Positions 27,989 through 38,835 are shown, counted from the first letter of the stretch. The stretch: DNA of 64,000 bases from Limisphaerales bacterium (GCA_965283725.1 CBDIPT010000001.1:975730-1039729); one strand, 5' to 3'. The notes: generated by a model not told the origin, from the sequence alone. Program-made: numbers and translations.

Positions 27989-29589
27989 TTATTTCTTCTT
28001 CTTTTCCCAAACGATGACTTCTCCCGCCAGTTCAGTGAAAGCGGCAGGCTGATACTCTTCTTCTAAAATCTGGTAGATGATGTGGGTGCGATAATTCTCC
28101 GGAAAAGCCAACGAAAAGGGTTCAAGCGGACTGGTGATGATCAGAGGCACCGAACCTGATTTCAGACTGGCGACGACTTTTGCCGCTGCAGTCGCATCGT
28201 GAAAAGGCTCGTACCACGTGTAGAGATACCCCAAAGCCGGCTTGCGATTGCAGATCATGTAGAGGTAATCGCGCGAGCCAAAGACGATGATGCGGTCGGA
28301 TTCTTGCGTGTACTTTTGCACATAGTCGGCCAGTGGTTGCAGCCAGGTGGCGTGGTATTTTTCCCAGCGGAATTCATAGCGCGGAGAAATGACCTTGTCC
28401 GTGTGTTGACTGAGCTTGTAGAGACGGGTTCCTCCCAGCAGCAAGCAGAAGATGGTGATGCTGGCCGGTCCCAATAATTTCACCATGCGGAGCGGGTTGG
28501 CGAACGCAATATGGTGCATGGCCCAGAATGCGATGACAGCCGAAGCGGGATAGACGTAGGGTGCGTGAACGGAAGAATTCATCTGCAAAAGATTTCCCAG
28601 AGCGAAGACGGCAAAGGGCAGAGGAAGCAGCAGGTCCACACGCTGTTTGGAAGTGGTAAACCAAGAGCGTAACCAGACGATCAGACCCAGCAGGACGGAT
28701 AGCGGACACAGCCAGATGGCCAAGGCGGCGGCGATGGTTTCGGGCCGCAAGCCGTTTTGGAGCAGAGCGGCTTCCCGCAGCCGATCATAGAGTTCTGCAT
28801 TGATAAGATGCCGGGCATGAAATACGGCACCGATCTGCAAACGGTAAGATTCTACGGATACCCCGCGACCGTAATACCACAACGTAAACGCAAAGATGCC
28901 CAGAACGAAGAGCGTATATAGGGTGGCGGCAAACCACGGACGCGCGGGAGTTGAAGCTGTCCCGCCAGGAGTTTCCTGGTAACGAAAAGCAAACTCCACA
29001 GCGCGGCCAAGATGGGGAAGGCAATGATGAATTTGCAATTGATGACGATGGCGGCACAGAGCGCAGAGGCACCAAGGAAATAATACTTTCCAGTTTGCCA
29101 CCAACGGGAGATCCAGTAGACGGCGAGCAAGGCGAGAAAAGTTGCCCACAGGTTGGAAAAAGAGTAGGGCCAGGTGAAATAGTTTGAGGTGGTACTCAGC
29201 GCGAGCACGCCGAGCGCACCCGCAAAAGCGAGTCTTGGTGTGACGAGCAGTCGCAAGCAGAAATATACGGTGACAACGACACCGGCTCCGAGAAATTTGG
29301 CCGCCCAAAGCAGGACATCAGTGTGCACGCCGAATAGCTGATACAACGCGGCATTGAAGCTTGGTGCCCACGGGCCGTAGAGCCAGAAGATATCGCGATA
29401 AAGTTCCTGCCCATCCAGCAACAACCAAGGCACGATGAGCTCCTTTCCTGAATCAGCGATGAACCGACCAATGGAATGGAAAAAGATGCCTTGGATCAGA
29501 AAGTGAACCAGCAACAGGCACGAAACAGAGCGGGGAATACTATCGAGGAAACTTAGGTTGACGGTTTTGGTAGCGGACGGTGAGTCCAC
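27989..29589 (-). pseudogene. GT-C fold (ArnT/PMT_2-like) membrane glycosyltransferase, disrupted by -1 frameshift
   Basis: The N-terminal part (ORF 28852..29589, LLDGQELYRDIFWLYGPWAPSFNAALYQLFG plus TM helices) continues in another frame (ORF 27989..29308, from about PGGTASTPARPWFAATLYTLFVLGIFAF onward). That second frame carries more TM helices and a soluble C-terminal domain. The frames switch near 28960-28985. Confidence 0.7.
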
Positions 29590-29603
29590 AAAGCCTGTTC
29601 AGA

Positions 29604-30044
29604 TTAACGGCCACCTGCACCACCGCAGCAACTCGTCGAGGAGGCATCGGTGAAAGCGCGAGCAGCAGCAGATCCATTCAGAGCTGGACGACCAATCGGG
29701 CCAGACAATCCGCGAGTAGCGAAAACCTCGGCCAACTGTTTCCGACGACGGAGGCCAATTTCTTCGCAACCTTCGTAACGCGGAAGGATGAATACTGGCT
29801 GTATCATCATGGGCGGCTCGATATCCGTGCGCTCAATCAACCAATGAGAACGGACCGATTGAATGAAAGTGGGCGGCAGAATATCCGCTTTTTCAATGAT
29901 CGGTTGAGACATGGTAGGTGGCACAAAAAGCGGCTGAACGATGCAAGGAGTGTATCCACCAGTTGCAGCATGCGCCAAATTGCCCGTCAGCAACACTGTT
30001 GCTACCGTTACCGCCGTCAGCAATTTTTTTGTCTCAACCAACAT
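29604..30044 (-). CDS. Small secreted repeat protein (hypothetical)
   Basis: A 146-aa ORF with the signal peptide MLVETKKLLTAVTVATVLLTGNLAHA. Internal repeats are visible in both DNA and protein (QPIIEKADILPP / HWLIERTDIEPP; IVQPLFVPP / MIQPVFILP). The C-terminus is SSTSCCGGAGGR. It ends 15 nt upstream of the GT-C gene on the same strand. The opposite-strand ORF is Arg-rich and looks spurious. Confidence 0.55.
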   Translation of the reverse strand: MLVETKKLLTAVTVATVLLTGNLAHAATGGYTPCIVQPLFVPPTMSQPIIEKADILPPTFIQSVRSHWLIERTDIEPPMMIQPVFILPRYEGCEEIGLRRRKQLAEVFATRGLSGPIGRPALNGSAAARAFTDASSTSCCGGAGGR

Positions 30045-30179
30045 CGCCGTATGTTGTAAACACCGTCAGGACAGCATGCAACAGCAAATTCTTGCTTCCG
30101 GAGGAGATTTTACCAAAGCACCGAACGTTGTCATTCGAGCTTTATAGGGGATGGCTTTTTCGACAGTATCACTGCAGAA

Positions 30180-31430
30180 ATGATTGAGGGTTCGTGGCTG
30201 GCAGTCTTGGGAATCGTCCTTTTTGCAGGGGCGAGCTTCTTCTTTGCGCTCGCTGAGACAGCCCTTTTCTCGTTGAGCAAGTGGCAGTTACGTCAATTGA
30301 CCGAGCGTTCCCCGGCGCAAGGAGCCTTGGTCACACGCCTTCTGGCTGAACCGCAAGATCTCTTGGGCACCATCGCCCTAGGGAACACCTTTTCCAGTGC
30401 GGCGACCATCTCCATTGCCCTTTGGATGGCGCTTCGAGGGGATTGGCTGGTGACTTGGACTCTGGTGGTGACGGGGTTGCTGGTGCTGATCGGCTGCGAA
30501 GTGCTGCCCAAGACCTTGGCGGTGCGGCGGCCGGAAGCTTGGGCGTTGCGGGTGGCGCAGCCGATGTTTGCCGTTCGCGCATTGGTCCGGCCCTTCCGAC
30601 AAATCGCCCAGCAATTCAATGCGGCTGTGATGCGTTTGGTGATCCCCAAGACGTTCAAGCCGGCCAATTTCGTGACGGATGCGGATTACCGGGAGCTGGT
30701 GGAGATCGCTTTGCAACGGGGGGTGCTGGCGGAGTCCGAGCGGGATATCATTTTGGAGATCGTCCGGTTGGACCAGCGGACCATCAAAGAGGTCATGCGC
30801 CCGCGGGCGAAGATGGATGGCGTGACGGATACCATGACGGTGGAGGAGATGCGTTCGGCCGCGAGGCGCTTGAAGCATCGACGGTTGCCCGTCTATGATG
30901 AGGAGAACGACACCATCGTGGGCGTCTTGAACACCCGCGAGCTGCTGCTGAATCCCTCGGAAGACTTGGAATACGCCATCGAGTTCCCGTCCTTCGTGCC
31001 AGAATCGATGAACCTGTTGCAATTGCTCATCAGCTTGCAGCGGCAGCAACGCGGTCTGGCCATCGTGCTGGATGAATTTGGCGGAGTCGCGGGGGTGGTG
31101 ACGGTGGAAAACATCATCGAGCAGATGGTGGGCGATATCCGCAGTGAAGGTGAGATCCAGGAGTTCAAGCTGGAGAAATTAGCGGAGGGAAGCTGGCGGG
31201 TGAACGGCACGCTGAAGATCGAGGACTTTCTCGAAGAATATCCGGACTTGGGCGAGGTGGCCGAGGTGGAAACGATGGGCGGGTTGCTGCTTACCCAGCT
31301 CAGTGTCGTGCCGAAGGCGGGCGAATTTGTGGTTTATCGCGGGTTGCGTTTGACGGCCAAAGTGGTGGATGAGCGCCGCGTGCGTGAGGTGTTGGTGGAG
31401 ACGATCAAGCGGAAAGGGGTGCTGGCATGA
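30180..31430 (+). CDS. CNNM/CorC-family transporter (DUF21 + CBS pair + CorC_HlyC)
   Basis: The DUF21 N-terminus (FFFALAETALFSLSKWQLRQL), a CBS pair (IKEVMRPRAKM...) and a C-terminal transporter-associated domain (GSWRVNGTLKIEDF...GLRLTAKVVDERRVREVLVE) are present. Confidence 0.9.
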   Translation: MIEGSWLAVLGIVLFAGASFFFALAETALFSLSKWQLRQLTERSPAQGALVTRLLAEPQDLLGTIALGNTFSSAATISIALWMALRGDWLVTWTLVVTGLLVLIGCEVLPKTLAVRRPEAWALRVAQPMFAVRALVRPFRQIAQQFNAAVMRLVIPKTFKPANFVTDADYRELVEIALQRGVLAESERDIILEIVRLDQRTIKEVMRPRAKMDGVTDTMTVEEMRSAARRLKHRRLPVYDEENDTIVGVLNTRELLLNPSEDLEYAIEFPSFVPESMNLLQLLISLQRQQRGLAIVLDEFGGVAGVVTVENIIEQMVGDIRSEGEIQEFKLEKLAEGSWRVNGTLKIEDFLEEYPDLGEVAEVETMGGLLLTQLSVVPKAGEFVVYRGLRLTAKVVDERRVREVLVETIKRKGVLA

Positions 31431-32410
31431 ACCACTGGCTCCTCGTGTTGCTCCTGTTCTGTCTCGCTACATCGTTCCTGATGTCCGGCATGGAAGCGGG
31501 TGTGCTGGCTTTGAGCCGCTTGCGTATCCGCCAATGGATGCGGCACGGCAACCGCCGCGCGCGGTTGTTGAATGAATTTCTGGAACGCCCGGAGAATTTC
31601 CTGTGGACCATTCTGGTGGGGAACACGCTCGCGAACTTCGTCGCAGTGTGTGTGATGGTGGCGGCGTTGCATGACCAGCTCACGAATTATCCGTGGCTCA
31701 TCGCCGTGTTGCTGGTCATCATTTTCTTCGTGTTCTATGTCTGCTGCGATCTGCTGCCGAAGATGCTCTTTCAGCAGTATCCGAACCGGCTTTGCCTTTA
31801 CCTTGCGCGGCCTTTTCGCGTGATGCACCTCACGCTCTCCCCCTTGGTCTGGGGCATTGAGCGGTTCTCCAATTGGGTGGCGCAGATCACCGGTGGTCGG
31901 GTGTTCACCGGCCAGATGTTCGCGAACCGGGATGAGTTCCGCATGGTGATGCAGGAGTCGGCCCAAGGCTTGACACCGGAAGAACGCACGATGATCCAAC
32001 GCGTGCTGGAGCTGCAAAACCTGACGGTGCGCCAGATCATGGTGCCGATTGAAAAAGCGGTCATCGCTACGAAAGATCAGGCGATGAGCGAGGTGTTGAA
32101 AGTGTGCCGTGAGCGGAAACTCACGCGTTTGCCGGTCATGGAATCCACGAGCAAGTTGCGGCAATTGGCGGGCGTGGTGAGCTTGAAATCGGCTTTATAT
32201 CTGGAAGGTTTCGATGAAACGAAGCCGGTATCCTATTACACGCAGCCACCGGTTTTGCTGGAGGCGGATATCCGGTTGGAAGTGGCGTTGCGGCGTTTGC
32301 AGCGCAGCGGGCAACGCCTGGCGGTAGTGGTAGGGCGCGATCAAAAAACCATCGGACTGGTGACGATCCAGGACATCCTGCGCATCATGTTTGGGGAGGT
32401 AAATCTCTGA
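31427..32410 (+). CDS. CNNM-family protein lacking the CorC_HlyC domain (DUF21 + CBS pair only)
   Basis: The DUF21 region (SGMEAGVLALSRLRIRQWMRHGN) and a CBS pair (LTVRQIMVPIEKA...) are present. The protein ends right after CBS2. The start overlaps the upstream stop (ATGA). Confidence 0.85.
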   Translation: MNHWLLVLLLFCLATSFLMSGMEAGVLALSRLRIRQWMRHGNRRARLLNEFLERPENFLWTILVGNTLANFVAVCVMVAALHDQLTNYPWLIAVLLVIIFFVFYVCCDLLPKMLFQQYPNRLCLYLARPFRVMHLTLSPLVWGIERFSNWVAQITGGRVFTGQMFANRDEFRMVMQESAQGLTPEERTMIQRVLELQNLTVRQIMVPIEKAVIATKDQAMSEVLKVCRERKLTRLPVMESTSKLRQLAGVVSLKSALYLEGFDETKPVSYYTQPPVLLEADIRLEVALRRLQRSGQRLAVVVGRDQKTIGLVTIQDILRIMFGEVNL

Positions 32411-32411
32411 T

Positions 32412-33788
32412 ATGGAAGGCGATTACCTATTCAAATTGATCGGTGGCGGCTTCCTGGTCCTGTTCCTGGTTTTCCTGAACGGGTTCTTCGTGGCGGCGGA
32501 ATTTGCCATCGTAAAAATCCGCGAGACGCAGTTGGTCCCGCTGGAGGAGAGGGGGAACATTCGTGCGAAGATCGCCCGGCGTATCGTGAAGAATCTCGAC
32601 GCCTCGTTGAGTGCCACACAGTTGGGCATCACCCTGGCGAGCTTGGGCTTGGGGTGGTTTGCTGAGCCGATATTCGCGGCCTTGCTGGCTCCGGCACTGG
32701 AATGGTTGAAGATTGGTGCGATCGATTGGGGCTGGTTCAAGATCGACGAGCATAAACTGCGGCATTCGATTTCGTTCTTCTGCGGTTTCTCGGTCATCAC
32801 CTTCCTGCATATCGTGATGGGAGAACTGGCGCCGAAGTCGCTCGCCATCCAGAAGCCTTTGCCGACCACCATGTGGGTGGCCGCGCCGTTGGAGCTGTTC
32901 TACCGGGTGTCCTATCCGTTCATTTGGATGCTGAACAATACTTCGCAATGGGTGTTGCGGTTCTTTGGCATCCATCCCGCGAGTGAAGCCGAGCTCGTGC
33001 ATTCGGAGGAAGAATTGCGTTTGCTGTTCACATCCTCGCAGGAACATGCAGGTGGTAGTGAGTTGCAGAAGAAGATCGTGTTCAACGCGCTCGATCTGAA
33101 AAGGCGTATCGTGCGTGACGTGATGCGGCCGCGCCAGGAAATCACGGCGCTGGATACGGACGCCACGATGGCCGAGTGCCTTGATGTGGCGGAGAAGACG
33201 CGTTATTCGCGCTTCCCGTTGTGCGAAGGCGGGGATGTGGACAAGACGCTGGGGGTGGTCCATTTCAAGGACTTGAACGCATTACGTTCACGGGCGAAGA
33301 CGGGGCGCGATCTGAAGCCCGTTGCACGTAAACTCATTTATGTGCCGGAAACGGCGCGCTTGGAGAAGCTGTTGGCACTCTTCCTGGAGCGCAAACTGCA
33401 CTTTGCCATCGTGGTAGATGAATACGGTGGCACGACGGGCATGGTGACGTTGGAGAATATTTTGGAAGAACTCGTGGGCCAGATCCAGGACGAGTTCGAT
33501 CAGGAAAAACCGTTGCTGGTGCAGCTCAGTGATACGGCGTGGGATATCGATGGCGCGTTGCCTTTGCATGAACTGGCGGAAATGGTCGGGCAGGAGTTGC
33601 AGGAGGAGGGCATCACGACGACCAGCGGCTGGGTGACGCACAAGCTGGGTGGTTTTCCGCAGAAGTGGAATGAGCTCACGATCGGAGATTTTGTGCTCCG
33701 CGTGGAAGACATGGATGGCACACGCGTGGCGCGGTTGCGGTTGACGAAGAAGGTGAAGGAAGTGGCGGAAGATGAAACCAAGGGATAA
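32412..33788 (+). CDS. CNNM/CorC-family transporter (DUF21 + CBS pair + CorC_HlyC)
   Basis: The blocks NGFFVAAEFAIVKIRETQL, VRDVMRPRQEI, HFAIVVDEYGGTTGMVTLENILEELVG and the C-terminal WDIDGALPLHEL...FVLRVEDMDGTRVARLRL support the call. Confidence 0.9.
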   Translation: MEGDYLFKLIGGGFLVLFLVFLNGFFVAAEFAIVKIRETQLVPLEERGNIRAKIARRIVKNLDASLSATQLGITLASLGLGWFAEPIFAALLAPALEWLKIGAIDWGWFKIDEHKLRHSISFFCGFSVITFLHIVMGELAPKSLAIQKPLPTTMWVAAPLELFYRVSYPFIWMLNNTSQWVLRFFGIHPASEAELVHSEEELRLLFTSSQEHAGGSELQKKIVFNALDLKRRIVRDVMRPRQEITALDTDATMAECLDVAEKTRYSRFPLCEGGDVDKTLGVVHFKDLNALRSRAKTGRDLKPVARKLIYVPETARLEKLLALFLERKLHFAIVVDEYGGTTGMVTLENILEELVGQIQDEFDQEKPLLVQLSDTAWDIDGALPLHELAEMVGQELQEEGITTTSGWVTHKLGGFPQKWNELTIGDFVLRVEDMDGTRVARLRLTKKVKEVAEDETKG

Positions 33789-34254
33789 TCAGCGAAGCTC
33801 TTGGCTAACGATGGTAATCGTTACCTTGCTTGCCTTTTATTTTGCCGCTTGCAGCAAACGCGAGACGATCAGTCTGGAATCTGTATCGCCGAATGGAAAA
33901 TTCGAGGTGAAGCTGGTGGAACGCCCTGGGTTGGATCGCAATTTCAAAGTTATTTTAAAACGCGGAGGAGGGGCTGCGAATGAAGTTTACGCATCGCCCG
34001 ATGAAGGCAGGCCAATCGGCACAGAGCGGATCATCTGGTCCAAGGATAACGATTATTTTCTGCTCGTGGGCAAGCATTTCGTCATGAAGGGGGATACGGT
34101 CAAGAATGGCGAGCAACTGTATCTGCTCTATCAAATCTCAACCAAGAAGCTTTGGAGCAATGCCACACAGGCGAATCATGCCCGCTTCAGCCGGGCCGAT
34201 TTGCAAGGCATCCAATTTGAAGAAGTCCTGCCGGACACAGGAACTGCACCCTAA
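33772..34254 (+). CDS. Hypothetical lipoprotein
   Basis: A 160-aa ORF whose N-terminus MKPRDNQRSSWLTMVIVTLLAFYFAAC has a lipobox-like FAAC. It overlaps the preceding gene by 17 nt. No recognisable domain. Confidence 0.5.
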   Translation: MKPRDNQRSSWLTMVIVTLLAFYFAACSKRETISLESVSPNGKFEVKLVERPGLDRNFKVILKRGGGAANEVYASPDEGRPIGTERIIWSKDNDYFLLVGKHFVMKGDTVKNGEQLYLLYQISTKKLWSNATQANHARFSRADLQGIQFEEVLPDTGTAP

Positions 34255-34284
34255 GCCGAACTGAGCGAAGGTTCAGTACGCGAC

Positions 34285-35231
34285 TTACTTCTGGGAGCGG
34301 TAGAAATCCAAGGTCTTCGAGAGCCCTTCTTTCCAAGTGACGGTGGCTTTGTAGCCGAAAGCTTTCTCAGCAGCGGAATTATTGGCGAGGGAGGATTTGA
34401 CATCGCCGATGCGACCGGGCTCGAAACGCGGTTTGAGCGATTGGCCGGTGAGGTCGTTGATGTCCCGCACTAGGTCGAGGAGATTGATGCTGTGGCCGGT
34501 GGCGGCATTGAAGACCCCACCCGCTACTTTTTCGGCTGGAGCGGCGGCGGCCATCAGGTTGGCTTGCACGACGTTCTCGATGTAGGTGAAATCGCGCGAT
34601 TGCAGGCCGTCGCCGTAGATGACAGGTGCTTCGCCTTTCAACATCGCGGTGCAGAACTTCGCGATGACGCCCGAGTAAGGAGAGTCAAAGGCCTGCGTGG
34701 TCCGTACACATTGAAGTAACGCAGCGCGACTGTGGGCAGACCGTAAAGTCTGTGGAAAAGCTGGCAGTAGCGTTCGCCGGTGTATTTCTGCAAGGCGTAA
34801 GGCGAGAGCGGGCTGGGGGGCAGTTGCTCGTGCTTGCTCGGGGCATCGACGTCACCGTAGATCGCGGAGGAAGAGGCGAAGAGGAAACGTTTCACCTTGG
34901 CATCCCGCGCGGCGACGAGCATGCGCAAAGTGCCGTCGGTGTTGTGGAAATTGCTGCCGAGCGGATCTTGTACGGAACGCGGCACGGAAGGCATCGCGGC
35001 TTCGTGGAAGACCCAGTCGCACCCGGCCACGAGCTGGTTGATGAGCGGTTCGTTGGTCACTTCGCCCTGCACGAATTCCAAATCCGCCTTGGATTCAGTG
35101 GCCCAGGCGAGATTGTGCTTCTGGCCAAGCGAGAGATCATCAAGGACAATGACCTTGGCCCCGCGCTGGCAAAGTGCCTGTGCGATGTGCGAACCGATAA
35201 AACCTGCGCCACCAGTGATGAGTGCCTTCAT
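34285..35231 (-). pseudogene. NAD-dependent UDP-sugar 4-epimerase (WbpP/TviC-like), disrupted by 1-nt deletion
   Basis: ORF 34638..35231 (MKALITGGAGFIGSH...YALQKY...RYFNVYGPR) and ORF 34285..34644 (MLKGEAPVIYGDGLQSRDFTYIENVV...) are in different frames. Inserting one G after about 34695 (plus strand) restores GPRQAFDSPYSGVIAKFCTAMLKGE. Confidence 0.85.
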
Positions 35232-36520
35232 GCCTTAAAATAACGCTGGGGATTCTTTACCAGCCCGGCAAAGGCATTGCGAGTATCTACCAAAATTTTT
35301 GCGTGCTCGGCGATGAGGGCGTAATCCACCGCTTTGTGATTGGTGGAGAGCAAGACGAGATCATAGCTGGCCACGTTCTCGGCAGTTAGCGCGATACTCT
35401 TGTTGCCGGCGAAATGGCCGTGTTCGCGAGAAGGGCGGATAACGGGCACGTGGGGATCGTGGTATTCGACGTGCGCGCCCAGGCCTTCGAGCAGCTCCCA
35501 GAGCACATAAGAAGGGCTTTCCCGGTCGTCATCGACATTCGATTTGTAGGCGATGCCGAGCAAGAGAATGCGACTGCCGGCGACGGCTTTGCGCGCGGAG
35601 TTCAAGGCGAGCCGTACGCGGTCCACCACGTAATTGGGCATCGCGGTGTTGATCTCGCCCGCGAGCTCGATGAAACGTGTTTCCTGCCCGTATTCACGGG
35701 CTTTCCAAGATAGATAGAAGGGATCGATGGGGATGCAATGACCGCCGAGGCCAGGGCCGGGATAGAAGGGCATGTAGCCGAAAGGCTTGGTCTTAGCGGC
35801 GTTGATGACGTCCCAAACGTCAATGCCCATAGCGTCGTAAACGACTTTGAGTTCGTTCACCATTGCGATGTTCACGGAGCGGAAAATGTTCTCGGTCAGC
35901 TTCACGGCTTCGGCGACGCGGCAAGACGCGACCGGTATCAAGGTCTTGATGGCGCGGCTGTAAACGGCTTGGGCTTTTGCCAAACAATTAGGTGTGTAAC
36001 CGCCGATGACTTTGGGTATGTCGATGACTTTGCTCTGCGGATTACCGGGGTCTTCGCGTTCGGGAGAGAAGGCGAGGTGGAAATCATGTCCGGCTCGCAA
36101 ACCAGACCCGGATTCCAGCACGGCGCGCAGATCGGTATCCGTGGTGCCGGGGTAGGTGGTGGACTCAAGGATGACCGTGGCGCCTTTTTGCAGATGCGGT
36201 GCGATGGACTTGCCGGTGTTCAGGATGTAGCTGATGTCCGGCTCACGATTCTTGCCGAGCGGAGTCGGCACGCAGATGATGACGGCTTCACACTCAGCTA
36301 TGCGCGCAAAGTCGCTGGTGCTGGTGAAGTGTCCATTGCTTACCACCGCCGCGATGCGGGTCGCGGGGATGTGCATGATGTAGCTCTCGGACTGGTTCAG
36401 CTTGGTGACCTTGGCTTGGTCGATATCGAAACCCAAGACGGACACGCCCGCTTCGGCAAAGGTCAACCCCAAGGGAAGCCCCACATAACCCAGACCAATG
36501 ATGCCGGTGAGTTTGCTCAT
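35228..36520 (-). CDS. Nucleotide-sugar (UDP-N-acetylhexosamine) 6-dehydrogenase, TviB/WbpO/WecC family
   Basis: ORF 35228..36595 begins with TTG. The ATG at 36520 gives MSKLTGIIGLGYVGLPLG. The blocks VPTPL, FSPEREDPGN and GPGLGGHCIPIDP (catalytic Cys) are present. The stop overlaps the epimerase start (ATGA). Confidence 0.9.
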   Translation of the reverse strand: MSKLTGIIGLGYVGLPLGLTFAEAGVSVLGFDIDQAKVTKLNQSESYIMHIPATRIAAVVSNGHFTSTSDFARIAECEAVIICVPTPLGKNREPDISYILNTGKSIAPHLQKGATVILESTTYPGTTDTDLRAVLESGSGLRAGHDFHLAFSPEREDPGNPQSKVIDIPKVIGGYTPNCLAKAQAVYSRAIKTLIPVASCRVAEAVKLTENIFRSVNIAMVNELKVVYDAMGIDVWDVINAAKTKPFGYMPFYPGPGLGGHCIPIDPFYLSWKAREYGQETRFIELAGEINTAMPNYVVDRVRLALNSARKAVAGSRILLLGIAYKSNVDDDRESPSYVLWELLEGLGAHVEYHDPHVPVIRPSREHGHFAGNKSIALTAENVASYDLVLLSTNHKAVDYALIAEHAKILVDTRNAFAGLVKNPQRYFKA

Positions 36521-36635
36521 GGTGATAGCGCCACCACTATCGGAACCGAGGGCCGGGGATGGGAAGTCTTTTTTGTCGGATGAGGCGACAGACAAACCCT
36601 TTGAATTCGAGCATTGCTTAAATTTTTCACGGTTT

Positions 36636-36680
36636 GCCGACTGCCAGTCGGCGACACGGCAGGCTGCCAGCCTGCGCTAC
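36636..36680. repeat. REP-like double palindrome element
   Basis: GCCGACTG-C-CAGTCGGC (36636-36652) and GCAGGCTG-C-CAGCCTGC (36659-36675) are followed by GCTAC. The element translates as ..RQAASLRYE.., a pattern I recall from intergenic repeats of Verrucomicrobia/Planctomycetes. Confidence 0.5.
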
Positions 36681-36692
36681 GAGTCAGGAGCC

Positions 36693-36773
36693 AGTGAGAC
36701 ACATCGCGCATCTGAGGTGTGACATTTTATGGGGAAGTGTGCCTTAATGTCTCACTTGGAGAGTGATTTTAAG
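36693..36773. promoter_or_regulatory. Inverted-repeat candidate operator/UAS upstream of dnaK
   Basis: AGTGAGACA (36693-36701) has its exact reverse complement TGTCTCACT at 36748-36756. The second copy is embedded in the palindrome CTTAA-N4-TCACT-TGGAG-AGTGA-N2-TTAAG (36743-36773). Confidence 0.35.
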
Positions 36774-36842
36774 CGGGTTTTGGTGGGTGATAAATATGTA
36801 TCTCGTTTGTTTTGAATGGGTTATGCTATTTTTGATGGGCCT

Positions 36843-36858
36843 TGGCACCGTCATTGCT
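36843..36858 (+). promoter_or_regulatory. Sigma-54 (RpoN) -24/-12 promoter candidate for dnaK
   Basis: TGGCAC-CGTCA-TTGCT is a perfect match to TGGCAC-N5-TTGCW. It is correctly oriented and ends 36 nt upstream of the dnaK ATG. Confidence 0.45.
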
Positions 36859-36894
36859 TTAAGGACTTACAGTTTTTAACTCAATTTTGAATTT

Positions 36895-38835
<1,941 letters not shown>

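Noticed and set aside
29580-30059. Plus-strand 159-aa ORF overlapping the small secreted-protein gene.
   Set aside because: The sequence is Arg/Ser/Gln-rich with no signal peptide or motif. The minus-strand frame has a clean signal peptide, sensible codon usage and operon context with the GT-C gene.
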